NCBI GenBank assembly: GCA_001949185.1 | Contig: BDGG01000027.1 | Span: 1-64,000 of the forward strand | Reading direction: 5' to 3' | DNA length: 64,000 nt | From: Ramazzottius varieornatus | Taxonomy: Eukaryota; Animalia; Tardigrada | Part shown: piece after piece, positions 12,207-27,819 of the stretch | Position numbering within the stretch: the first letter of the stretch is position 1 | Layout: each line of letters opens with the position of its first letter | The notes under the pieces: model-generated | The model's database searches: none | Told to the model about the DNA's origin: nothing | The model's input: the letters and a program-made list of their open reading frames with translations, nothing else | Position numbers and translations under genes: made by a program

Positions 12207-13509
12207 TAAGAAAAACCAAACGGCTGTCGTTCACTACGTTCGAGTCAGAACAAAAGTCAGATGTCTTCGTGCACGCGAGTGTGTTCGTTGCTCAATCTAT
12301 CAATGTCTGTCGTTACGCATCTAGGTACGCTAACTACTCACTTCTCCGAAGTCAGCTTGGATGCATGTGCGCGACACATTACGGGCGAGGCTGCGCTGCC
12401 TGTGCGGTACCGAACCGGAGTACTGACTTCCGAAACTCCGATTCTCAAGTGCGGGTTTGCGATTTAATATATCAATATAAAGCGATATGATATTTTCAAT
12501 TGTCATATTCCGCTTAGCGATATTCCGTCCATATCGATATTTTGATATGATATTTTTGTCATATCGAATCACTGTGATGTGATTCATTTCGATGAGAGAC
12601 GATATATCATATTTATCCCAGCACAACTCGCAGGCTCTCACCCGGGCATCATTTACTGTTCACGTGGTTGAGTGCGCGATAATTTGGTAGCACCACAGTA
12701 CAATAAAAATAGATATCAGCCGTCCACCGAGGTCTTACCAATTTGGAATTACTATAATAGAGCACTTACTATAGTACCTCCGCCTGACCTAATAAAATAT
12801 CACAATAGTAGCACTCCAGTGAGTTTGGTGTTAAAATATACTTTAATATTGGGGAACTCAACGGCAGGTCGTGGCACCCAGTCTCATAACCATCCTCATC
12901 AGCAGAAGACTCTGCTAAATATTCGCCCGAAGACCGTATGATGTTTGACCTGACGCTGACAAGCTGATAGTACTTTTCAAAAAACGGAAAAGGACAGACG
13001 AGAAAATTGTCGTGTGCACCACCAGTGCCCGTACTAGATTTTGCATCCTACACCTGCACTCTGTGACATGGCAGGTTGCTGTGCCACACCGTATGTAGGT
13101 GCATGATGTAATGCATCCACGATAGCCCTACTGTACGCGTGTAGGGCCATCGTTGGGATGTTGTGCACTTTGCGAGGCGTGGTCGCAGACCACATAACTG
13201 GCGAACACGCGCCAAATTCAACAGATCATCCGCTTTTTCGGAGCAACGGCAGCGTTAATCTCATTAAGATATATTTTAATACGGATGATGGACATCTTAA
13301 TAATAATAGAATAAAATATCAGACCTCAGTTTCAAACCACTAAAATATTACTATTGAGTTCCCGTGCCCAAATCCGTTTACTAAATATTAATATATAGAG
13401 TAGATACTAAAACCATCTACTATCATCTACTTTGATAAAATATTACTATAATAGAACATCGCTACCATGGGCTATGACGCTCGATCAGACGAATATGAGC
13501 ATCTCATTC

Positions 13510-13961
13510 AATGATGAGCATTATATTTTACATTACGTAACATTTTACATTACAATTACACTTTTACACGACATTACAACCACGGGGAAGTTGTAATGTA
13601 AACGTAAGATGTAATTACAACTTTTACCTGCCAGAATCTGTGGTATTATTGAGTATTTTGTCGCCAGAAATCTCAACTTCGGCTGACTTACGCGGAAAAA
13701 TGTCAGAAACTTCCTGAATATGGTCATTTTGCAACCGTATTTTTATCTTTGTCTGGAAGACAATTACTAAAATCTGTCTTCTATGCGAACATAGACATAG
13801 CTGGGTCGTCGTTTTTGTCGCTCCTTGTTACTTTTAGCCGTTACAAACCGCTCGGTCTGTGAAATGTAAACTAGTGTAAAATATAATTACACTTGTACAA
13901 TCACACTAGTTTACATTACACTTTACATTACACGGATCATCTGTGTGTAATGCTCATCATT
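13510..13961. mobile_element. MITE-like element with internal TTACATTACA repeats
   Basis: Terminal inverted repeat aatgatgagcatta / taatgctcatcatt, with many ttaca/tgtaa units inside. Confidence 0.65.
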
Positions 13962-14164
13962 AATCCCACTCGAGGTAGGACCGTAGGAGTCCTCTTTTCG
14001 TCTCTTGTGAGTCTCTCCAGCTAGACCTAGGAGAATGGCGTTTGTTGGGGAAATACGAGGTGACCGACGTCGAGGAACGAGAAGACATCCAGGTGAGACA
14101 GCAGCGGGAGCGCCGGAGGGGTCCACAGTCCACACGAAGTTATCAGCTGAATTTCTGACGAGGA

Positions 14165-14640
14165 ACTGCGAACTGCGCTAGAGCACTGGGCCGAAGGTCG
14201 AAAGTACCCTGCAACTGTGCTGCGCACATTACCAGGGCGCTGTACGCTGCGCTGTGCTGCACAACTTTCATGCCCAGTGGCTAAGCAGCTGTGCTGCAGA
14301 TGCGCGTTGACCTCGTACAACTGCGCGGAACGCCAATGTATTGACGTGGTTTGTAATTCAGTCACTGAAATCGGTAGTCAACCTGGAGAACGTTGCCCTG
14401 AAGTACGGCAAAGCTGAGACGGCTGACGTTCGAATGCCCAAAAACTGTAATTTTCGTCAGGTTTCGGTAGGTGCATCTGTGCGGTAGTCTATGGCTTTCT
14501 GCTGTATGCTGTGCTGTGCCGCACAAATTTCGTTAGTTCACGCGCTGTAGCTGTGCTGCAGCACAGCATAGCTGCAGTACAGTGCGGCGCATGCGGCCAG
14601 ATTCCGTGCTCTAAACTGCGCAACCTGCTCCGCCAAACTG
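14165..14640. repeat. CTGTGCTGC-rich degenerate repeat upstream of PGM
   Basis: Repeated gctgtgctgc/actgcgc motifs in two blocks (about 14165-14330 and 14500-14640). Confidence 0.4.
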
Positions 14641-14906
14641 GCTCCGCTACGCATCAGGAAACACGATCCGCACTGAGCGATCAGGCTGATTGCTTGATGG
14701 CTGATCGGTCGTTTTCGGCAGTATACTGAGTGTGACGTCACTACCAAAGTACATTCGATTTTGATTCTTGATTGCGTCAAGCACAAACCCCGTCAGCTCT
14801 GCTGTGAGCTGTTCATTTTTCACGCCCTTCCGGTGTCTTCCGCTGCTTTTTGTGCCCGCCGCTGCGGCGTCTCATCTTTTCGACTGACTCCCACTGCTGT
14901 ATCAGG

Positions 14907-18462
<3,556 letters not shown>

Positions 18463-20729
18463 CTTGGTTGATCAAGGTTGTAGAGTTTCTCCATCTTGTG
18501 AAAATCATTTTTGGTTCTGTACTGTATTTCGAAACTGACTTCCTAACAACGCTTTACCCGTGGTCAGGTTTTTCTGAGTTTCCTTTCTCGTCATCAGTTT
18601 GTCCACAGCGATCGTCATGCTGTTTCAAAGCTATTCCAAGCTTGATATTATCGTACGTATGTGTCGGTTGTAGATGAACGGAAAGTCTGCCGAAACTTTG
18701 AAATTGTGATGGGTTGATCGAGGCGACTTTACCTCTTTGACGATAGCATTCACGGCTCGTTGAGAACGGCACGGAAATCTGCGAAGCCTCGTACGAGTGG
18801 TGTTCAACGTTACAAGTTACAATTAGGATCCAGCCAAAACATATGAATTTCGACGGCTGAATTCCGTAACGATGTTTTTTGCTTCCGAACGACCCTTTTC
18901 TGACATCACGTTGTTGCGGATATCCAGGGTCATTGCTTGGTCAGTTTGCCGTACTCGCCGTGGCTCAAAGTCTCAAGGAACTGTTCGCCCTTCTGGGAAG
19001 ATTTTCCCGAAAATTCTGGGGGTAATCACCAGCTGAGCTAGCCTCACACTAGGGTTTTGAGTCCCGACAGGTGCAGGTGCATTCTCATGCTGTATGACTT
19101 CACTTTGACGTCAATTTCGAACCCCTTCAGAATTTTCTGACACAGCCACCTGACCACTGGCCAGACGGCCAGATGAACCCCAGCATCGTGTTCCTCGATG
19201 TCTGTTACACCTGACTGCATCACCAGTTCAACTTTGCCCTTTGGGTCCCCAAACTTTGAACTCGTTTCCTTAAGAATTTGCCCACTGATCGATCGTCATG
19301 GAATTCGGCCGCCGAAATAAACTGAAAAAATAACTACGGACTGAAATAAGTTCAAACAAGTTTTTCAAACCAAACAGTGGTCCATCCGGAATATCGTTAT
19401 CTTTACCGTCGCCGCTTGTTGCGCTTCTTCCAGCCGGTCTACCTCTTGCTGTCCCTCCCCGAGAAGACGTTTAGTTAGGGTTCCATCGGCGAACCATCGT
19501 CTCCTGATCCGTTTAGCAGCTTCTTGCCACAGACCCATAGAAACTACAGACGAATGGATGAATGATTCTAAGGTGCTCTGGAATCTGAACGGAAAAATGA
19601 GAGAGCAGAGATTATCGAAAAATCGAAACTGCGCAAGTCTAGATTTCTAGAACCAGATATGGCACAGTATACTATCGCACTGAAGAATGAATTTCTAGGA
19701 TAGTCCGGGATTTGTGCTCTTGGACGATCTTAGGGATCGCGGGCTCTGGTAAATTCGGCGGCAAATGGGTTGCAGCCAAGTTGCAGGACATGGCTTCGGA
19801 TAAATTTTCGCAGGGCTTTAGCTGCCGACTTTTCCAGAGGCTGCGGTCGATCCCTGGAGGAGCTACGGTTTACTAGCTCGTGCCTTAGAGTCCCCATTAC
19901 TTGGCTTGCTCAGTAATGTATGTGAAGCCTTTATTTCCTTGCTTACAAGGGATTTACGCCAGTCCTGCCGCGCCGATTCTTAGACCGCTGTGGCGGGCGG
20001 ATAGAGGACAATTTGCTCTGTTTTCACGATAGATTACCAGCCCGAAATGGAAGACGTCACAGGTTTCGGAAGTGATGTTCCACCGACCGCCGCAGTGTGC
20101 CGCGATGACGTACAGGATGTAGCTTCGAAAATGGAGCAAACTCTCCTATATCCATCTGTCACAGCGGTTCGAATCGGTGCATCAGGACTTGCGTAAATCT
20201 CTCGTTAGTACGTGTTTCCAGGTCAGAGGGGTGTGTTGCTCCATGTTCTGCCCAGTGCCTATTTCTGTTTCTTTATTATAGTTTGGTTTCACTTCCTGGA
20301 GTGTTCCAGGGTTAATTCTTGCTCCTGTTCAGTGATATTATCCCACAGAATCTGTTATTCTAACCCTTACCAACGCTTATTCGGATCTCATCGATAATGA
20401 ACCCAGTTTTATTCCTCCATGTAAAACTATCGTGACACAACGACTCCGTCTCCTTGTGCCCAGCGAAAGGCCTCTGACTATTCGCTGGTTGGTTACCCTT
20501 AACGGTCTTCCAACAAGCGGTAACCTACTTCTACTTTGTGACGTCACAAAGACTGACTTCGGAAATGGATTGATTGATGAGTAACGTCTGTATTGATTTG
20601 CCACAGCTTTGAATTTTCGATTTTCCTCCATTTTCCAACTGGAGAATCTCGAGGCCTCCGGGGTCTTCGGAGTTAGAACAATCATCTCGTACCTGTTGTG
20701 CCTGGAAGTCCGAAGCTTGAACCCTTGCT

Positions 20730-23620
20730 ATGGAGTCATCAGTGGCTCTCAACGGCCAACCCCCTACCGTTAACAGCCTCTCCGACCTCGCAACGGAATC
20801 TGCTCCACAAAAAGCTTGTCTCAACATACCTGTCATCAGTCTGCTACCTCACATTTCTTCAGCGGACAGCATCATTGATTTGGAAAGTTCAGACCTGCCC
20901 ATAGTTTTCCAGTCAAATGGCGACGCCGAGATGGATTCGGACGAGTTGTTGAATTACCAAGATAAATCGGTCACCGAGATGACGAATGGTGTCTTTGCGC
21001 TGCCTCCTGCCGCTCTCCAGAATATCTTCCACAATGGAGATCAAGATAAGCAGCGGAGCCCTGGCGACGTCGTCCAACCGATTTTGAACGGAGTAGTCAA
21101 ACACAGGTATGATGCATGCAGAAAAAGCACAAACTCTACAATATTATCTTCCTACCAGATCACTTCGCGCATGACCAAGTTCTCGAACTGTGGCAAGAGC
21201 GATGACTTTCGTGACACCTGCGCGAGTTGAAGTTCTTGAAAGGTATGATTATGGTCGTTCTCAACTTATCATGCTCTTGTTTCCAGGTTATCCATTTCCA
21301 ACGATGGCTTCATCCAGATGAGAGACTACAAGATCTCATTTGATGTTATTGGCGCGGGCAAGTTTTCCGAAGTACGAGTCGCATTGGATACTCGTGATGG
21401 ACAGCAGTACGCCATGAAGATCTTCTCCAAGACCAAACTACAAAAATTCAACATGCTTCTCCGGTAAGTTATCTTATCACTTCCATATCTGGTGCATGTT
21501 CATGACCATAGTGTTTGCAGGACGTCAAGAAATCCGGTGGAAGAAGCATACAAAGAAGCAGCCATGTTACGCCAACTGTCGCACCCGAACATCATCCAAC
21601 TCTGCGACTTCATCGACGATCCCGACTCGGACGCCATTTACATCGTCCTGGAGTTACTTGATCATGTCGTTATAGAAGTCCCCACAGGTCAGTCGTGCCA
21701 ATATCAATAAATGCGCGCGGCACGTGGAAGGAACGATCTGGTCGACCGACAGAAATTATTACTACTGTAGGGAGCGTTCATTAACACTTAAAAGACCAAG
21801 GGGGTACCCCGGTTGGTTGGCGCACCCCAGAAGCCTTGCGGAATGGCTTCTGTTGAACCTTTTCGTCTCAAATTTTCGTGTTTGCTTTCATAAACTTTGT
21901 CGCTTCCAGTTAAGAAAGACGTGAACTGGCTAGCAGCTTTCTGAAAGTTCCGAGAGAAAATGTCGTTTTTGACCAGCTTTTGTCTTGAGTTGACAGACCA
22001 GATTTTCACTTAAGAGCTGCCTGACGAAAAGCCTTCTTAAAAATTGGACCGAGAGCTAGTACATTGGTACCGTCTTAGAAGCTTCAGTATGTTCCATGCT
22101 GCGTGACCAGTGGTCACAGCAGAAATGAAAAAATCTGGCACTTTGGTTCACTTGGTGGCGCATTTTACTCGAAAAATGCGAAGCGTACATGTGGTGATTG
22201 GCCCGATCTGACCCCACCCCATGACTTCAGCCAGTTAAAAATTGGGGAAGGTGATCTACTCCCCTTGTACTCCCAGAGCTCGGAATTTCGTGGTCTTTTA
22301 AGTGTTAACAGCGTCACGTTTTGATATCAGGAGGCCTGACCATTCTCCCTCCCTTGTCAGACAATCAAGCAATCAACTGGCTTTTATACATAGCAACTTT
22401 GCTGTCAGGTTTCGGGGACCCATCGCCCCTCTCTGGGTGCCTCACGTCATTACCGAACGCTCCCTTTAGAGAAGAAATCATTTCCAACAGGTTTCAGCTG
22501 TTTTAGATTCTCCTTGTACGGAAGCTGTAGCGCGACAGTACTTCCACGACATCGCCGACGGCGTAGCTCACATCCACAAATGTGGTATCATCCACCGCGA
22601 CATCAAGCCGGAGAACCTCCTGGTTAGCAAGAGTGGTATTGTCAAGCTGGTTGACTTTAACTTCTGCGTCGAGCTCGTCAAAGACGAGAATGGAGAGGAA
22701 CAGGAAGTTGAATGCTCGCATGGAACTCCTGCCTACACCCGTAAGAAAATTCTGCATGCATTTTAAAATGTCTCTTGTAGTTGTTTTTTTTGCTCCTTCA
22801 GCTCCTGAGTGCCTTCTTCCGGACCAAAGGACCGCCGCTGGTCGGCCACTGGACATGTACGCATTGGGCGTGACGTTATTCGTGATGGTCCACGGTGATC
22901 TTCCCTTTCGCGCCGATCTTCTGCCCGAACTCTTCGATAAGATACTCAACGAGGAGGTGGTCATGCCGGAGAAGACTGACGTCTCGGAAAGTCTCACGGA
23001 AGTAATAAAGAGGTAACCACTTTATTACAGTGGATTTGTTCGTTGCAGTGAAATTATTATCGACACTCCTTAAATTAGGTTCATCGACCCGATTGGGTCG
23101 GACCTACCCTAATAATCACAATTAACCATCACGGGAATCGTCTGATAGCTGAATTTTAAGTCATTGCCGCTTCCTGTAGTCTATTCCAGGGAAGGAAGTG
23201 TAGCTGGTCTCTTCGGTCGATTTTACGGTTTTGCACGTCTTCAAGCATTTTTTTCCTGTCTAATTTTCTTCATCACTCTTCTTCCCGCTTCCTGTACGTG
23301 ATTCTCTTCCTGTTTCTGATAGGTTGATGGAAAAGAATCCGAAGGTGCGTATGACCATGCCGGAAATGCTGAAGCATCCTTGGATGCAAAAGTTCCAGCA
23401 AGGAACTGCCCGCGAGAAGGATGTGTCAGTTCGATACCAGCAAAAGTACAGCGAACGTTGCTCGTGGATAGCGATGTCGTCCGAGGAAAGGGCAGTTGAC
23501 GAAGACACCAGCATTGAGGTCGACCCGAAAGGACAGTTTGTCAAGCACCGAAGTCGTGGTTCGGTGATAGCTGAAAATGATCTCCAGGAACTCTTCATCG
23601 ATGGTTATACCGTTTTGTAA
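20730..23620 (+). CDS. Divergent CaMKK-like Ser/Thr kinase; start uncertain; in-frame TGA in putative exon 2
   Basis: Motifs IGAGKFSEV, YAMKIFSK, LSHPNII..DDPDSDAIYIVLE, HRDIKPENLL, VDFN, GTPAYTPPE, DMYALGVTLF and HPW are joined by GT-AG introns. Confidence 0.8.
21768..22464. mobile_element. Older MITE hosting the piggyBac-type insertion
   Basis: agggagcgttc on the left and gaacgctccct on the right are inverted. The TTAA target lies inside its left end. Confidence 0.6.
21785..22304. mobile_element. piggyBac-type MITE (TTAA TSD) in a kinase intron
   Basis: TTAA|CACTTAAAAGACCA...TGGTCTTTTAAGTG|TTAA. Confidence 0.85.
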
Positions 23621-24163
23621 TCTCGTCCATGACGCTGAGTTCTGAATGGACCAGTTGTTTTCGCTTCTTTCGTTCTTCATGTGCCTTGGCACGACTATCT
23701 GTATCGTTCGTAGTCATTCGATGCTCTTTTGTAATTTCGAAGTGTAAATAAACTTGTTGAACTCGTTTTCTTTCTTATTTATTATTTCTTGTTGGAATTG
23801 CGCCGTGAGCTTTCTGTCCTCTTGGCTAGCTCACTCTGAATGTTCATCCCACTATGCATCGTAATTCACGTCCCGTTGTCACCATCTCTTTTGAGCTGTA
23901 CCAATGTTCTTAAAATGCAATATGCAGTTGATTAATCGGTTCGAGGTTAGTGCTACACGTGTACTGTGGATGGGGGAAAAGAGCTTTGTTTTTGCGAGAA
24001 GATGCCAGGCTGGAAAAATACTGAATTCCCAGTGAACGATACTCAAGTCCGACAGTAAGAGGGAATTATAAAACAACTTCAAGCGCTACTGAAGAAGAAT
24101 AAGGACTGAAATCGAGAGTTCGTGAACGAGCAAACGGAACTCGGCTGGCTCGTACAACAAAAC

Positions 24164-25125
24164 TCAATAAAGACGGTCTTCCGGTGCGGGAACAATGGCC
24201 ACGCTCATGAAATCCCCAATCTGGAACCGGACATCTGACAACATTTTCCCGTCGTCCTGCAGTCGAAAACCCAGGTTGTTACACGGCAGAAAGCAGAATT
24301 ATCGAAGGCTGACAGACAGAACAGACACATTTACACACCTGCATACACTAAAGCGTGACCTCCACCATAGCATCCTGGTATTCAGGTGCGAGAGAACCAG
24401 TCTCTTCATACACCTGAATACAGCGCATCGCATATCCACCATAATCTCATGGTATGCAGGTGGAAGCCGACACTTCGTGTAAAGAAACCTGTCTTACCTG
24501 TCCTTTCTGGCCATTACAAGCAGCCCCGATATGCCGAGATCGGTAGTTTGAGCTTCTGCCATGATCAGGATACACTAAGTTAAACTCGAAGATGGTCCCA
24601 CGACGCCGTGCTTCAGGATGGACATCACGAATGAGGCCTGACAACTCTTTCAACGTGGCGTCCAGCCATGTGTACACTTGTAGCTCTCCTGTCCCACCCG
24701 TCGGCGTGTTCCCGTGAGCAAACTCAGAAAGCGGATAGTGACGCCCGGTGTTGCAGAAGACACGGAGGAGGAACGGACAAACCTTTTCTCGGTCGACGGA
24801 GAATTTGTTGGGATCGACCACTTCAGGAGCATCTCTGGTGTCCGGATGGAAGTCGTTTTCTGTAGTCTTGTTGAGGTGACGCTCTGGACCATTACGGCCA
24901 TCACCACGTTCTTTGCTTGGCGCTCTGCCATTGTCGCCTGGAAATACTCGTGTAAGAACTATACATGGTGTTTTCTCACGATTTTTCTCCCCGAAACGGT
25001 GAAACCAACTCACCTGGAATCCTCACTTGGATGATTTCGCGTTCGAAGTTGCCTCCTCCCGAGCTCCGGACTTGCAAGGAGGGGCGCTTGCCCCTTTCCG
25101 GAGCCATGGGCACGTATAGAGTCAT
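24164..25125 (-). CDS. SAP18: Histone deacetylase complex subunit SAP18 (3 coding exons; ATG at 25125 or 25107)
   Basis: VDREKVCPFLLRVF, ELQVYTWLDATLKEL and last exon DDGKMLSDVRFQIGDFMSVAI. Confidence 0.95.
24336..24462. repeat. Family-2 hairpin repeat (CACCTGCATAC-N30-GTATGCAGGTG, two units) in a SAP18 intron
   Basis: Arms at 24336/24378 and 24411/24452. Further copies at 13051-13101, 15190-15239 and 17108-17232. Confidence 0.7.
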
Positions 25126-25706
25126 GGAGGAATCGCTACGAAGGTTATATGAAACAATCCGCAGGTTGGATGACTCGGTAAATGCCCATCAACAACGTCG
25201 ATTCAACCTTGCCATACGCCGCGGCTAACTTAATCGATTTTCCGCTTACCTCTCTAAAGATCCGGTCCAAGTACTAAGTTAGGAGACGCTCCCGAGGACA
25301 GTCCTTTGGCAGATAGCTAAAGCGGGTTTGATGTTACAATTGCGAGAAGGATCAAAGAAAACTGGAAAATCAGCTGTCGTGCGGTGACCTCGTCTCCGTC
25401 GAGCTTCTGTTGAATGAATGCTTGATTGCTGATTCGAGGCAACAAACGGTGCACGCCCCCAGTGCTTGAGTCCTACCCCGCTTCCGTGCGAGCTTACCGG
25501 TCTTACCCCGACTTGCATGAAGGGCGTTCGCCGAGATTCGGCATGGCCGGAACCAGAAGCCGGGATCTTTTTCGGTTTCTCATCTTTAAACTCAAATTTG
25601 TTGATCTCGTTAACTTAGCATTGCTCGTGAGTCGCGATCGTCTGAGTCCTTGTTCTTCCTTCACGTGAACTTTCGCAGGTCTGCAGTGGACCGTTAACGC
25701 GGCACC

Positions 25707-27031
25707 ATGGATAGCCGCGGTGAGAAGAGGACTATCGAGACGGAACAGCACGATACGACCCAGCCCAAAAAAGTGCGGCAACGAGTGAAAGTGGAGATGG
25801 ACGACATCCCGAACCAACTGCTGCTGGAGCTCTTCCAGTACTTCGATCATATGGAAAAGTACTATCGACGAGGGTAAGCCACCGCCTAGAAATATCTTGG
25901 AAGTCAAGACCGGAGAAGTTACGCTCAGCACGTTACCTTTGGCGTTCTACTTCGGGCCGTGCCGGGCACAGACCTGACCAGGAACTACCGTAGGAAAAAG
26001 CGCGGTTATCCACCTATGTTTTACATCTTTCGTAGGGTCTCCAAGCGTTGGCGTGTTGTGCTGAAGTCTCGTTCGATCATGATGCAGACGTACTTGGCCA
26101 TCGAAGTCCCTGTTAATGTCAGACCCAACAGTCGTCCTGGGGAAATTTCGGAAGAATTCATTTGGACGGTCGGCAAGCACATCAAGACGATCGTCTTCTA
26201 CGGGCGCAGCGAGAAGTTCGTGACGGCGAGTATGGCTTACATCATCGGGGCTCGCCTGAAACGGTTCACAAAAGCTCAACGAGCAATGTTCCAAGACATC
26301 CAAAGCTACTTCGCGAAGCTCTCAACTACGTCGTGATTAACAACGTCGACTTCATCGGAAGTGTATCTCGCCAGTTGGGACTTGAATATCGTGGTCGTCG
26401 ATCTTACGATAAGGTCATCCTGGGATACCTGGACATTTCCCTGGAACTGCTTGACGAAAAACCTGTGTCACGATACCCCGATTTTCGTGAAGAACATTCG
26501 GGCCGAAAGTATGGGAGGCCAGTCAGCGAACAAGTACAAGATCTGAAGATGATGATCTTAAGTGGCGCATGCTGCCAGCCAATAACAACGGAAATGTGCG
26601 CCGCTTGGGAACTCAACAAGATTGTTTTGAAAGTGGCGCACTTTCCCTGCCAATAACAGTGTCAGTGTGCGCCACTTGGGACAACGGTTCTGTACGTTTT
26701 CTTTGCCGGCTGCGACTGGTTGATCATGTTTTGATGACTTTCTCGTTTTGGAAGGCTGTTTCCAGATGAGTTTTCCTACAACAAGCTGGAGAAGATGCCG
26801 CAGAAGGAGGTGATTCCGTTTGTTCTTCAGAAGCGCGACGTTCCATACCTGTTGTATTGGTGGCTTTTTTTCATGCGGGAGCATGTCAAGCCTATGCACG
26901 ATGTGATTGACCAACGATACCGCAAGAAATACGGGTCGCCCATCCGTGATCCCGAGTACGATGATTATCCAGAGGACGAGGATTCCGACTTCCCAGAGGG
27001 TGAGGATGGTTGTAGTTGGGATGACGAGTGA
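25707..27031 (+). pseudogene. F-box protein gene (paralog 1) with an apparent 2-nt frameshift near 26320
   Basis: MDDIPNQLLLELFQYF...VSKRWR spans an intron. KTIVFYG is shared with paralog 2. Coding-like sequence continues in another frame after aagctctcaac, and the acidic last exon ends at 27031. Confidence 0.6.
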
Positions 27032-27819
27032 GGCTCACACGGCACTAGCGTTAGAAGGACCTTGATGAGCTCGATAAGTCAGAATTTCCTGAATTTTTGC
27101 TACTGTTATCTTATGTTTCGGAGTTCCTGCCACTATCGTGGTAAATCTACTACGAAAAAGCTGGGCCAAAGTTTCTGTCAGAACGACAGAGTTACATTTG
27201 ATATGATGTTTTCTTGATAATGAGACGGTGCTGGAATTTCTCGAATATTTTGCTTCATTATTAGCAACTGATTTAGTATTAGGCGGCATTTGAAACTTCC
27301 CCCGCAGTTTACTGTTGCAATGGCGTCTCTCTTAGGCGGTCATAACTTTCAACTAACAACTTCGAACCGTTGCCTCACTCCCGTAGGTGTCCTTAAAATT
27401 TTATGACCGTCTTCCTTCCTGGAACGATGAAAGGCTTGATGAAAGTTGCGTCTTGACAGCTATTGTGTTACCATTAATTTTATATAGGTATTGTTCACGA
27501 GTACTAATTATTAATACTATGGCGCAGTCGTCTGCGCGTTCGTTTCAGCCAAGGCCTTTGTCATACAGTGTATTTGGCTTTCTAATATAGTTTGCCTTGG
27601 TTCATCCACAGAGCAGTATAACGAAGTTACAGTGTACGTATGCTGCATTGTGGTTTAGCCGAAGCTTTCTTTTGGACCTTAGAACCACTGGCCGTTAGAT
27701 CAAATCTTGATTAGACTGGTACCTGTTTCTGTGAATCCGTTCGCCAGCCGCCAAGATACGTCCTTCGTTTTCCGCTTTTATGTTTGATCACTAGTTGGTT
27801 TCGTCAAAGCTACTCCATT

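Larger units (their letters stand above)
9646..12636. mobile_element. GATATATC-rich MITE-like host element split by the Harbinger insertion
   Basis: Imperfect inverted ends agcctcgtaagtagtgctgagatgaatacgata and tatcatatttatcccagcacaactcgcaggct. gatat-rich blocks at about 9660-9830 and 12460-12620. Confidence 0.55.

Noticed and set aside
12690-13460. AT-rich region with repeated ttactataataga (about 12748 and 13443)
   Set aside because: Probably a repeat relic, but no boundaries or TSD could be defined.
18960-19540. Possible small spliced minus-strand gene (MGLWQEAAKRIRRRW...)
   Set aside because: The frames are short with stops and show no recognisable homology.
26560-26680. Repeat-spacer-repeat pattern reminiscent of CRISPR
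   Set aside because: The arms are inverted rather than direct, there are at most two units per locus, the context is eukaryotic and intronic, and no cas genes are present.
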